This document shows positions 47,701 through 56,884 of a DNA stretch of 62,372 nt, piece after piece. The position numbers and the translations under genes were made by a program. Numbering within the stretch: the first letter of the stretch is position 1; every line of letters starts with the position of its first letter. The stretch is from an uncultured virus (IMG/VR IMGVR_UViG_3300032212_000001) (Duplodnaviria > Heunggongvirae > Uroviricota > Caudoviricetes). The stretch lies in IMG/VR virus record IMGVR_UViG_3300032212_000001; one strand, given 5' to 3'. The notes under the pieces are model-generated. The model worked only from the letters and a program-made list of their open reading frames with translations. It was not told the origin of the DNA and ran no database searches.

Positions 47701-48039
47701 ATGACCGGACTATGGAGCAATAACCCTGAAACACCGGAAGGGAAGTATCCAATACTACTAAGGCGAGATGGATCGCCTGTGTTGGTCCCTTACTTCCCTA
47801 TCCTCCTTCACGACCCTTGCGCTTCGGCTGCTCTTCGAGCTTACGCCGACAAAGCAGCCGAATTAGGAATGGACCCTGTATTCGTCTCAGACATTCGCAT
47901 TAAGGCTGGGGAGTCTCTTATTCTTGCCAAAAAGGCGAAAAGCAATCCAAAACCGCCAGACCCCGACGCGCCACGTCACCGAGTTGATGACCCCGCAATT
48001 CTGGCCTGGGCAAGATCGCTGAAAACAACCGCCCTTTGA
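47701..48039 (+). CDS. Hypothetical phage protein
   Basis: GKYPILLRRDG..DPCASAALRAYA. Confidence 0.75.
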   Translation: MTGLWSNNPETPEGKYPILLRRDGSPVLVPYFPILLHDPCASAALRAYADKAAELGMDPVFVSDIRIKAGESLILAKKAKSNPKPPDPDAPRHRVDDPAILAWARSLKTTAL

Positions 48040-48075
48040 AACAACGAACAAATGAAATGACAAGGAGAAAAGACA

Positions 48076-48924
48076 ATGAAGCTTTACGTCGCGTCGAGTT
48101 GGCGCAATCCCAAACAGCCTAAGATCGTTGAGAAACTCAGAAAGTGCGGTCATGAAGTCTATGACTTCCGAAACCCAGAAGAGGGCAACAGCGGCTTCTC
48201 ATGGAAGTCTATTGACGAAGGATGGCAAAACTGGACCCCAGCGAAATACATCGACATCGTTCTCAATAATGATCTGGCTATTAAGGGTTTTTCTCTAGAC
48301 TTCGACGCGATGCAATGGGCCGACGCTTGCGTCATGGTCCTTCCTTGCGGTCGCTCGGCAAGCATTGAAGCGGGTTGGTTCGTTGGCGCAGGAAAGCCTC
48401 TCTTTATCCTTCTCGACGAAGAGAGCGAGCCAGAACTCATGTTCGCCATGTCCCACCTGAATGATAAAGGTGTTGGAGGGCTCTACGCCGACTTCTATGA
48501 TCTTTTGCAAGTCATAAACATGGACGATCCTAAACTTGGATACGACCGCTTCTGTTTTGCAGAGGATTACGGAGATCCTTTCAGGGGGAATGAAAGAACG
48601 AGAGAAGACGCCATGGAAGAGGCAAGGGATTGGATCGACCCTCAACCTGGGGAGGGATTTACCACGGGCAAAGTTATCCCGAAGCTTCTAAGCGACTACG
48701 TTTGCCCAGATAGAATCCTTGAGAACGCCTGTGAAGACGCCTTCGACGACGTTGGAGAAGTTGTCGAAGAATGGAATAATCACGAACTTCCCGAAGCGGC
48801 CAAGGAGGATTTCAAGAAACTCCTCAACGTATGGGCTCATAAACACAGACTTCACCCCCAATTCTGGGGCGTCGGAGATACTGAAGAGCACGTAGAAGGC
48901 GAAGACGACGAGGGCAACGACTGA
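48076..48924 (+). CDS. Nucleoside 2-deoxyribosyltransferase-like domain fused to an acidic C-terminal domain
   Basis: KLYVASSWRN..ADACVMVLPCGRSASIEAGW. Confidence 0.7.
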   Translation: MKLYVASSWRNPKQPKIVEKLRKCGHEVYDFRNPEEGNSGFSWKSIDEGWQNWTPAKYIDIVLNNDLAIKGFSLDFDAMQWADACVMVLPCGRSASIEAGWFVGAGKPLFILLDEESEPELMFAMSHLNDKGVGGLYADFYDLLQVINMDDPKLGYDRFCFAEDYGDPFRGNERTREDAMEEARDWIDPQPGEGFTTGKVIPKLLSDYVCPDRILENACEDAFDDVGEVVEEWNNHELPEAAKEDFKKLLNVWAHKHRLHPQFWGVGDTEEHVEGEDDEGND

Positions 48925-49805
48925 TGCCATTCGACCGCACATGCCCTGGATGCGATAAAGAATTTGTTACCCCTTTTAGGCCCCAGCGCTTTTGCTCGAA
49001 AGAGTGCGCTGGAGCCCATCGAGGCTCAATCAAACCATGCCAGGGGTGCGGTCATGATTTTCGATGCACTCGAAAAGATAGTTTCTTTTGCTCAGTGTCT
49101 TGTCGCCGGAAAAACACAAAACCAAAGAGACGGACATGCGCGGCCAATGATTGCAAAAACCGCTTTGGCTATGCCAGGAATCCGCAAAAACGTTACTGCT
49201 CTGACAATTGCAGTGCCAGGGCTCGATATGAAAAGAAGCCCCTCAATGCTTGTCGCTATTGCAAGACTATCGTAGCGAGGCGATCCAGTCATGGAGTCGC
49301 CCCTTCTGTCTGCGACGGATGCGCTGAATTGCACCACAGGGTCATAAGCCGTCAATGGCGCGACAAAAACCCTGTTAAATGGAAGCAAATCAAAGCGCGA
49401 TTCGCCGCGAAAATGGACTCATTCAAATACCATGAAAGGCTCGGGATACAGGCGAACAAGGATCTCATTGATAGATACGCACTTTTCAAAGAGGCTTCCA
49501 AGAATGTCAAGTGGAAAAAGAAGTTCTGGCTAGACATGTTCGATTATGTCCACCACGCCTACTTGAACATAAGGGTCCAGAAGCATAAGGCCGTATACTG
49601 CTTTGAAGAATGGTCTCGCGTCAAATACACTCTCAAAAAGACCAAGAAGAGTAACCAGGAGCGCCAGTGGGAACGCTGGAAATCGAAAGTGTTCAATCTA
49701 AGAATAGCCGAACGTCAAGAGGACGAACATGGCAGGGTCTTTGTCAGTCTCGACTTAGAACTTGCGAAGTTTGTTTCAAACATGATTTTAGAGGATATAT
49801 TGTGA
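48924..49805 (+). CDS. Multi-zinc-ribbon protein
   Basis: Repeated CxxC..FCSxxC units. Confidence 0.8.
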   Translation: MPFDRTCPGCDKEFVTPFRPQRFCSKECAGAHRGSIKPCQGCGHDFRCTRKDSFFCSVSCRRKNTKPKRRTCAANDCKNRFGYARNPQKRYCSDNCSARARYEKKPLNACRYCKTIVARRSSHGVAPSVCDGCAELHHRVISRQWRDKNPVKWKQIKARFAAKMDSFKYHERLGIQANKDLIDRYALFKEASKNVKWKKKFWLDMFDYVHHAYLNIRVQKHKAVYCFEEWSRVKYTLKKTKKSNQERQWERWKSKVFNLRIAERQEDEHGRVFVSLDLELAKFVSNMILEDIL

Positions 49806-50362
49806 TTTCATTTACTGTTTTGCGAGACCCGACGAACGGTGTTATTGCAGTAAAAGGCGTTATCGAGTCGGTCATAAAAAAAGAAGGTCGATTGGAAGTC
49901 ATCGGATACTTTGAAGCCAGTCTATACCCGACAGGGTCAATGGATTACAAGACCGCCAAAGAGTCAATAGAAAGGCTGTCTGAAGTTACAAAGGATTTCT
50001 TCAACGAGACGTTTCATCAAACCGCAGGGGAAGGAATTTACCGATCATTGAAGACGAATCTTTTCATTCAAGGAATGTGGAAAGAGGTCTATCAACCAAA
50101 CTTCGTTGCGCTCATTACCGAAGTGGAAGTATCAGAGCCCAAATACTACGGGCTTGGTATCGAAGCGAAAGCCGTCGAAGAGTTCTCGGAAATCTTTCTT
50201 GAAGATCGAGAGAGCACTCTCCTAGCGATCTATTGCAGCGGCAAAGACAAGGAATCCTTGTGGGATTCCAAGGGTTATAAAAAACATCCGAATGGTGGAT
50301 TCTTCTACCATTGCTGCGACTATGCCCTGGGATACTCCTGCACTCGAAAGGCTACGACATAA
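49802..50362 (+). CDS. Hypothetical protein (possible GNAT-like C-terminus)
   Basis: GTGA overlap; ITEVEVSEPKYYGLGI..WDSKGY. Confidence 0.55.
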   Translation: MISFTVLRDPTNGVIAVKGVIESVIKKEGRLEVIGYFEASLYPTGSMDYKTAKESIERLSEVTKDFFNETFHQTAGEGIYRSLKTNLFIQGMWKEVYQPNFVALITEVEVSEPKYYGLGIEAKAVEEFSEIFLEDRESTLLAIYCSGKDKESLWDSKGYKKHPNGGFFYHCCDYALGYSCTRKATT

Positions 50363-51138
50363 TGGATAGCTTGATAAGAGACCGAGAGAGAAAACGTTTT
50401 CTAGATCCTGAAGATTGCATTTTGTGTGACTCGCTCCAAGAGTCACTGCCGGATCATGGGCGCGGCTCTCTCGCTTATAAATTTCGCCACAGGCTCAAAG
50501 AAGCCTTTGAGAAGTCTGATTATCCAGACGAGGAATGGACTGAGGAGAATCTACTAGAGAGAGCCGAGAGAGTCGCTTATTCCGTTTTATCCGGCCTTGT
50601 CGGACGCGAGGCGGCTGAAGGTAAGATTCTTGTCGGCAAGAAATACTCCGAGTGGTTAAAGGGGGAGCGATATTTAGTAATCAGCGCAAGCGCTAAGATA
50701 GAACTAGACAGCCTTTCAGAAGATAAGTATTGCTTCCCTGTCACCGAAGTTTTCAAAGTTTTTATCAAACATATTCAATTTGATTTAGGTCCGACTGATT
50801 CTACTGGATCAACACAAACCTTCAATCTATCTGTCGGATCGACGTGTTCAAACGTCCTAGTCACCAATAACTTCGCCGATTCCACTGACCCCTCCATGAC
50901 TTTTGTTACCGAAGGAGACACAGACCGGCCATTACTCTCCGATCTTGAAGAGCACATGGCTGTCATGACGATCAAGGCCAATGAGATCGCTGACGAGTTC
51001 AAGAGACTTTCTGCATACCGTGAAACCCTCGATGATCTCATGCGCCAAAAACAGAAAACGCTCCCTTGCGACGGAAAAATAAAAGGGCCGCAACTTCGCG
51101 TCACCAGAAGGCCCATGAGATACAGGAAGTTAAGGTGA
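50362..51138 (+). CDS. Hypothetical protein
   Basis: TAATG overlap; 258 aa. Confidence 0.7.
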   Translation: MDSLIRDRERKRFLDPEDCILCDSLQESLPDHGRGSLAYKFRHRLKEAFEKSDYPDEEWTEENLLERAERVAYSVLSGLVGREAAEGKILVGKKYSEWLKGERYLVISASAKIELDSLSEDKYCFPVTEVFKVFIKHIQFDLGPTDSTGSTQTFNLSVGSTCSNVLVTNNFADSTDPSMTFVTEGDTDRPLLSDLEEHMAVMTIKANEIADEFKRLSAYRETLDDLMRQKQKTLPCDGKIKGPQLRVTRRPMRYRKLR

Positions 51139-51142
51139 ACAA

Positions 51143-51451
51143 ATGTTAATCGAGAATATTCACAAATCAGATATTGAGAAAGCCCGCAAATTACTGGGAA
51201 TGAATCACGAACAATTCGGGCTGCTATTCGGGGCAAATAAGGATCTAGTCATGATGTGGGAGCGTGGATACAGATTGCCTAACAAGGTATCTTGCGCCGT
51301 CATTGTAGCCTTCCTAATTGCCCTGAAGAACAAGCCTTTGCAGGTTTTTGAAACACAGAAGATAACAGACTGTCTCAAGTCAAAAGGTCGCTTGCCAGCC
51401 GTTCGCAAAACATTCTCTACAGTCAAAGGAATATCACGGCAATCTTTTTAA
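51143..51451 (+). CDS. XRE-family HTH protein
   Basis: RKLLGMNHEQFGLLFGANKDLVMMWERG. Confidence 0.75.
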   Translation: MLIENIHKSDIEKARKLLGMNHEQFGLLFGANKDLVMMWERGYRLPNKVSCAVIVAFLIALKNKPLQVFETQKITDCLKSKGRLPAVRKTFSTVKGISRQSF

Positions 51452-51532
51452 TTTTGACAAGATTAAACCATTGTACTGTGACTATCGTTTCAAGTAAGAT
51501 AAGACAATGCTCAATGACAAGGAGGAGCAACA

Positions 51533-53674
51533 ATGTCCAATTGGAAGAAATACGGCTACGCCGTAGTAAAAGGTGCGCTGAGAGCTATACCAGTAGCCGG
51601 TCACGTCATAGAGGAAGTTTTGAACGTCGCGGAGAAAGACGACGCGATCACAATAGGGATCGAAAACGCCCTAGTTCAAAGCCTCCCTCCCCCAACTATC
51701 GAGATAGGAATCGAGGCGAGCTGGAATCCTGAAACTTCGTCAGAAGCTCTCGAAGTCGTCGGAAGTTCAATGTTCGAAGTCTTGGATAACAGCAAGAAGG
51801 AACAATACGAAGTTCTGCTCAAGACGATCTACACAGAAGACGACATCGAAACCAAGATCCTGAAAAGCCGGGAAATGATTCTCCAGCTCGTCACCGACCT
51901 AACAGGGTCCATAGGCTTCGAGAAAGCCGTCTCTATGGCCCTCAAGATAGAATCCGCTGACAAACCCGCATCTAGCATGAAAGATCTCGTAGGCAAGCTC
52001 ATAGACGGTCGATTTCAAGTGATCGAGGAAATCGGTCGCGGCGGATTCGGCGTCGTCTACGAAGCTATTGACCGGACCTTCGACTCAAAGTGCGCTATCA
52101 AGATCCTTAAGATCGCCAATGTAGAACATATCCAACGGTTTCGTCGCGAAGCAAGAATGTCCTTCATGTTGGGTAAGGAGACAGGGATCGTCCGGGCCTA
52201 TCACAAGGGTCGAATCGGCGAAGGGGCCTACCTCGCCATGGATCTTATCGAAAACGCTGAACCCCTCGACCTGCGAAGCGGGACACTTCGGCAACGCCTC
52301 CAGCGCTATGTTGAAGCTTGCAAGATCATCGCCAGGGTCCACCAGCGGAATATCATTCACCGCGATCTCAAACCCGGCAACTTCCTCCAAGACAAGAACG
52401 GGAAGGTTCACCTATCAGACTTCGGACTCGCAAAGACTATTGGCGGTAACAGTGACCTATCGGACGAGGAATACGCGCTGTCCATGAGCGGCATGGGGGG
52501 CATGAGAGGAACGCCCGCCTACATGTCTCCAGAACAATTCCAAAACTTCAACCGAGTCTGCAAGAAAACCGACGTTTACGCCATGGGTATCATGCTCTAC
52601 GAAGTCCTGGTTGGTAAAAGACCGTTCAAGGGAAATGATCCAACCGCTATCATTCGTCAACAAATGGCCGTTGAGCTTGGTCAAAAGAAGCTACCAAACC
52701 CTTCGATCCAAGAGCTTGACTGTCCAGAGATACTCTCAAACCTGTGCCTCTCTTCGTTCGCAATCAAGAAAGAAGATCGCCTCAAAACAGCAGATATGAT
52801 TGTCGAAGCAATTTCAACATTCCTTGGACTCAAAACAATCAACTTCATGACTCCGCAACTGAAAATACAGGAAAACAAACTAATCGACGCCCCGTCAATG
52901 TCTGGTAACAATCCTTTCATGCCGGAAGTTTCTTTAAGCTCTCCACACGTCGAGCTTAAAGAAAGTGACTTAATGGAGAGCAACGGGAAAACGTTTTCCG
53001 TAGAAGGCGTCATGCCAACTAGGGAAATGGCTTTTCACAATCAAGAAACGCTTCAATCACGCTCGATGCCGTCTCGTCAAGGCAGTGGACTGCCAAGCCC
53101 CATACTTGGCCCGCCACGCACTACTGGTATGCCAAAACTAGGACGGAGTTACGTTCCCCAGAGAACAAGAGGTGGGCCTATACTGAGACCTTATCCCGTT
53201 TGGCACAGAAGGGCCGTTTATCTGCTAGGGACAAACGAAAATCAATGGTTCAGAGAGAGATCAAACGAGACGCAAATATGCAATTTAGATCATGCCGGTG
53301 TCTTGTCTATTTTTGACGTAAGCATAATCAGAGGGATTAAAATAAAAGTTGAAGACACAGGTGAAGATGTCGATCTTGTCAGAAAATGGTTCGATTCATG
53401 CGTCTTTGAATTGAATATACAAAATGATCGAGCTTGTATGTTCAACTCACTATCAGCCAAGAGGTCGAGCGACTTCGAGCTTGAATACGACTGCGGTGAA
53501 TTAAAAGTGGGAGCTGGCATGTCATTCTCATTTACTGCGCGGGCCGACGACACAGCCCGGACATACTGGTCAAAAAAACACAACAATGGTGAGCGAGATG
53601 TCTTAACCGAACATCAAAACCCTCGCAAAGTCACCGTAAACCTTGATGTCTTAAGAGCCGAGGATATTTCGTGA
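51533..53674 (+). CDS. Hanks-type Ser/Thr protein kinase fused to a C-terminal capsid-protein-like domain
   Basis: IGRGGFGVVY, AIK, HRDLKPGN, DFGLAK, GTPAYMSPEQ, DVYAMG; the C-terminal ~175 aa align with 24251-24799. Confidence 0.92.
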   Translation: MSNWKKYGYAVVKGALRAIPVAGHVIEEVLNVAEKDDAITIGIENALVQSLPPPTIEIGIEASWNPETSSEALEVVGSSMFEVLDNSKKEQYEVLLKTIYTEDDIETKILKSREMILQLVTDLTGSIGFEKAVSMALKIESADKPASSMKDLVGKLIDGRFQVIEEIGRGGFGVVYEAIDRTFDSKCAIKILKIANVEHIQRFRREARMSFMLGKETGIVRAYHKGRIGEGAYLAMDLIENAEPLDLRSGTLRQRLQRYVEACKIIARVHQRNIIHRDLKPGNFLQDKNGKVHLSDFGLAKTIGGNSDLSDEEYALSMSGMGGMRGTPAYMSPEQFQNFNRVCKKTDVYAMGIMLYEVLVGKRPFKGNDPTAIIRQQMAVELGQKKLPNPSIQELDCPEILSNLCLSSFAIKKEDRLKTADMIVEAISTFLGLKTINFMTPQLKIQENKLIDAPSMSGNNPFMPEVSLSSPHVELKESDLMESNGKTFSVEGVMPTREMAFHNQETLQSRSMPSRQGSGLPSPILGPPRTTGMPKLGRSYVPQRTRGGPILRPYPVWHRRAVYLLGTNENQWFRERSNETQICNLDHAGVLSIFDVSIIRGIKIKVEDTGEDVDLVRKWFDSCVFELNIQNDRACMFNSLSAKRSSDFELEYDCGELKVGAGMSFSFTARADDTARTYWSKKHNNGERDVLTEHQNPRKVTVNLDVLRAEDIS

Positions 53675-53676
53675 AC

Positions 53677-53830
53677 ACGTTGAGCGGCGTTGCGCCGCTC
53701 GTAACGCTTCGACAGCACTCGCTGCGCTCGCTCGTCGGTCCAGAGAGTCGTCGAACCCACCGCACCGCTCGCTAGCTCGCGTCACTGCGCGTTAGCCGAT
53801 CACTGCACCAGCCCTTTAGGGGATAACTCC
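53677..53830. other. GC-rich structured intergenic element (possible ssi/sso priming signal)
   Basis: CGTTGAGCGGCG-TTG-CGCCGCTCGTAACG; TTCGAC..GTCGAA; CTCGCT repeats. Confidence 0.4.
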
Positions 53831-53876
53831 CCCTCCTGTCCAGAGCTGGTCTAAGCAAGAAGGAAGGAAACAAGTC

Positions 53877-54290
53877 ATGAAACGATTGCAAGCAGGACAA
53901 ATGGACGTTGGATCGCTGTCCGACCGCGAGTTCAAAATGGGGCAACAACACCCACGAGAGACAAAAAAAATAAGAGGAGGATCATTCTGGGAAGCGACTT
54001 CATGCACAACCAAGTGTTCTTGGTCCCTACGCGACGACGAAGAACTTTTCGAGCTTGTCTTTAAGTCAGATGTAAGAGAAGTCATTATAGCCGCCGTCGT
54101 AGCTTCAAAGAGACTTGTAAGAGTTTCCGACAGAGAGCGAATAGGACGCGAGATTTTCTTCCCAGAAGATGGTGATATTTTTATTCGTTATCACTCTGGC
54201 ATCAATAACTCTCGCTCAACTTGTAGCGCCAGAGTTCATTTCATTCTAAGACAGGGCTACCCAGACCCAGCCAATTGTGGGATTGGATAA
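53877..54290 (+). CDS. Hypothetical protein
   Basis: AAGGAAGG RBS; 137 aa. Confidence 0.6.
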   Translation: MKRLQAGQMDVGSLSDREFKMGQQHPRETKKIRGGSFWEATSCTTKCSWSLRDDEELFELVFKSDVREVIIAAVVASKRLVRVSDRERIGREIFFPEDGDIFIRYHSGINNSRSTCSARVHFILRQGYPDPANCGIG

Positions 54291-54294
54291 AATC

Positions 54295-54582
54295 ATGAAC
54301 AAAGAAGAATTAGAAGCCAGAAGCAGAGCCTTCAGAGAAGAGATGGCTGACATTGAGAAGGCAAAAGGGCCTGATTACGCCGATTGGTTCCAAAACTGCT
54401 TTCTCTATGAAAGGCTTACTGGCAAAGGGAAAATGGAAATAACGGATCTGTCCATGGATGGCGCTCTCAAAGTGGATTCGCCTTATACCAATGAGGAGAT
54501 TATTGGGGACATGAGGCTATGGCTAAGAATGGCCGCGAAATGGCTCGACCTCGAAAACAATAAGTTATTGGGATTCGATTGA
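54295..54582 (+). CDS. Hypothetical protein
   Basis: ORF in operon. Confidence 0.65.
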   Translation: MNKEELEARSRAFREEMADIEKAKGPDYADWFQNCFLYERLTGKGKMEITDLSMDGALKVDSPYTNEEIIGDMRLWLRMAAKWLDLENNKLLGFD

Positions 54583-54705
54583 ATGATTAAAGATCACAAC
54601 TACTGCCCCTTCTGTGGCCTTCACTTTATCAAAGGTGTATACGACCTTGAGATGAAGAAATGCCATGAGCGGTGCTGTTTAGAACTTATGAAAGACGGTA
54701 TGTAA
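54583..54705 (+). CDS. Small Cys-rich peptide (40 aa), absent from the ORF track
   Basis: MIKDHNYCPFCG..CHERCC; fills the gap between its neighbours exactly. Confidence 0.55.
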   Translation: MIKDHNYCPFCGLHFIKGVYDLEMKKCHERCCLELMKDGM

Positions 54706-54706
54706 A

Positions 54707-55249
54707 ATGACAAACGAAATTGTTGAATATACTGGAGATTCAAAAAGCTTGAAACTCTGGAATGAGATCCAACAGAGCCACCAAAAGCTCCAAACGAAGT
54801 CTCGACTGCCCACTATGTTTGGCCCAGGACCGTGGCTGAAAACAACCATCGAAGAGTTTGTTGAGCGACTAATGAGCGTCCGAGAACACGGCGTAAACAG
54901 GTTTGTCGTCGGCACTCAACTCTTGACTGTCAACCAGGAACAAGGCTGGAAATCGGTCTACATGAATAAGTTCTTCAAGGTGAAGGTCTCCAAAAAGTTC
55001 AAAAGCGAATGGGGCGTTTTCCACAGAGCGCAGGTGACATGCGCGACTCTCAAACAAATTGAGGGGCACTGGGAAACTCTGTTTGCCATAAAGAATGAAA
55101 TCTTCGGAGAGGAAGCCCAAGCCTTCGAGATACACCCGCCACTCTCTCAACTGAGCACTGGTGGCGAAACATTTTACCTCTGGGTTTCTGAAAACAAGAT
55201 ACCTATGGGGCTTTATAAGAACCTTGAAGAGATCGAATATATCGAGTGA
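54707..55249 (+). CDS. Conserved phage hypothetical protein
   Basis: WETLFAIKNEIFGEEAQAFEIHP..YLW pattern. Confidence 0.7.
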   Translation: MTNEIVEYTGDSKSLKLWNEIQQSHQKLQTKSRLPTMFGPGPWLKTTIEEFVERLMSVREHGVNRFVVGTQLLTVNQEQGWKSVYMNKFFKVKVSKKFKSEWGVFHRAQVTCATLKQIEGHWETLFAIKNEIFGEEAQAFEIHPPLSQLSTGGETFYLWVSENKIPMGLYKNLEEIEYIE

Positions 55250-55265
55250 TGTAAGGGGTTTAGAA

Positions 55266-55403
55266 GTGAAGATTAAACCAATATTCCGCTGGTATGACAT
55301 GTGGGTGGGCTTCTACTGGCACAGGCCCGAGAAGCAACTCTATTTCTTCCCCATTCCAATGTTCGGCTTCAAGATTGATTTCTTCGGAAGCTGCCATGAC
55401 TAA
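55266..55403 (+). CDS. Small aromatic-rich phage protein
   Basis: KPIFRWYDMWVGFYW..LYFFPIPMFG. Confidence 0.65.
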   Translation: MKIKPIFRWYDMWVGFYWHRPEKQLYFFPIPMFGFKIDFFGSCHD

Positions 55404-55420
55404 AGAAAGGCTCTCTAATA

Positions 55421-55681
55421 ATGACTGAACTCATAGACTGTATGACTTTCGGATCAATCGAAAAAGGAACAGAAATATTCATGAAGCCTTTGCTTTGTTG
55501 CTCAATGAGGGATAAGTCGTGGGGACTTAAAAGCTCGGGAGTCCAAGGCACACTGATCGGCTCAGACACATACAATAAAACGATTGACATACTCGTCTCA
55601 AAAACAATCGAGCGTTACAGAGTGTCTGCGATAGACCTTATCTCAATCCCCTTGGCTGGAAAGGATCTCCAAAAGCGATGA
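55421..55681 (+). CDS. Hypothetical protein
   Basis: ORF in operon. Confidence 0.6.
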   Translation: MTELIDCMTFGSIEKGTEIFMKPLLCCSMRDKSWGLKSSGVQGTLIGSDTYNKTIDILVSKTIERYRVSAIDLISIPLAGKDLQKR

Positions 55682-55866
55682 AGAAAGAGAACCCTTGTTT
55701 CTACTGCGGTAAAAACGTTGACAAGAGCGAAGCCATGTTTGACTTATCCAATCCGAAATACAAGAAGTCTCATGTCCGGTGTCACTCGAAGAACAACAAG
55801 CCTCTTATAAAAGACCCTGAAGTATTCAGGAGGCTGCTCAACAAGTTCCCAGGACTCGTCCAATGA
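55678..55866 (+). CDS. Small zinc-finger protein
   Basis: CFYC..HVRC; ATGA overlap. Confidence 0.65.
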   Translation: MKKENPCFYCGKNVDKSEAMFDLSNPKYKKSHVRCHSKNNKPLIKDPEVFRRLLNKFPGLVQ

Positions 55867-56093
55867 TTAAATGCAAATGTGGTAGCAAGCGATTCTATCG
55901 CCCCCTCTTCGTTGAAAAAACACGGATGGTCCATGTCGATGAAAACGGGAAGCCAACAGGCCAAGAAGACGGTCATAGCCAAATAGACCGGGAGTGGTGG
56001 CCTAACGACGACATGGACCCACCAATATGCGTTTCTTGCGGTCAAGAAGCGCACGATTATGACTTCAAGAAAATGTCCCAAGAAACACCTTGA
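55863..56093 (+). CDS. Small zinc-ribbon protein
   Basis: CKCGS..CVSCG; ATGA overlap. Confidence 0.7.
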   Translation: MIKCKCGSKRFYRPLFVEKTRMVHVDENGKPTGQEDGHSQIDREWWPNDDMDPPICVSCGQEAHDYDFKKMSQETP

Positions 56094-56105
56094 AAGGTTT
56101 TTTAC

Positions 56106-56327
56106 ATGAGCAATTTAACAGCCGACCAATGGAACAAGAAACACCCCGTTGGAACATGCGTTATTTACTACCCCATTATGGGACGGCAAGAGAACCGTAG
56201 GAATACCAAAACCAGGAGTGTGGCCTGGAATCTCGGTCATGGCGAGCCCGTCGTGAGTGTGGAAGGTCAAGCGGGGGGCGTCTGCCTTTCCAATATCCTG
56301 GTTCATGACTGGGAGAACGAGGCATGA
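56106..56327 (+). CDS. Small phage hypothetical protein
   Basis: WNKKHPVGT..TRSVAW..GHGEPVV. Confidence 0.7.
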   Translation: MSNLTADQWNKKHPVGTCVIYYPIMGRQENRRNTKTRSVAWNLGHGEPVVSVEGQAGGVCLSNILVHDWENEA

Positions 56328-56884
56328 GCCAGGGGAGTCTTTTCGGCGACACTCGCACAGACAAGCAAAAGGAGAAAGACCGCTCCAAAGCTCATACGTG
56401 CCACGCAATCGGATGCGGGAAACACTGCAAGCCAATTAATCTCATGTGCTACTACCACTGGTCGATGGTTCCTATTCAATTGAAAAAGGGCGTCTGGAGC
56501 ACTTATCGGGAGGGGCAGTGCAACCTTGACCCAATGCCAAGCAGAGAATGGTTCAAGGCCGCTGACAAGGCCATCAAGAGCGTTGCGAAGCAAGAGGGCA
56601 TAACATTCATAGTCAATCTAAGAAAGAAGCCCTACGACGTTTATATAGGACGTAGAGGAAAGGGGAAAGACGGATACTTTGGGAATCCGTTCCCAGTCAG
56701 CAAGCATGGTGAAGAAGCCATGGCGCTTTTTGAAGATTACTTTCACAAGAGAGTCGCGAATGACCCCGAGTTCAAAAGTCGCGTCCTTTCTCTCAAAGGC
56801 AAGGTTCTGGGGTGTTTCTGTAAACCCCGTAAATGCCATGGGGACATAATTACAAGGTGGCTTAATAATAATGAGAATAAATGA
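56324..56884 (+). CDS. Zinc finger + DUF4326 protein
   Basis: CHAIGC..MCYYHW; YDVYIGR..FGNPF..LGCFCKPRKCHGD. Confidence 0.85.
   Translation: MSQGSLFGDTRTDKQKEKDRSKAHTCHAIGCGKHCKPINLMCYYHWSMVPIQLKKGVWSTYREGQCNLDPMPSREWFKAADKAIKSVAKQEGITFIVNLRKKPYDVYIGRRGKGKDGYFGNPFPVSKHGEEAMALFEDYFHKRVANDPEFKSRVLSLKGKVLGCFCKPRKCHGDIITRWLNNNENK

Noticed and set aside
51454..51490. Sigma70 promoter for the kinase
   Set aside because: TTGACA is perfect, but no acceptable -10 element lies at 16-18 nt spacing.
51533..53674. Host assignment (e.g. Planctomycetota or Myxococcota) from the kinase style
   Set aside because: The kinase motifs are generic; a phylogeny or CRISPR spacer match is needed.
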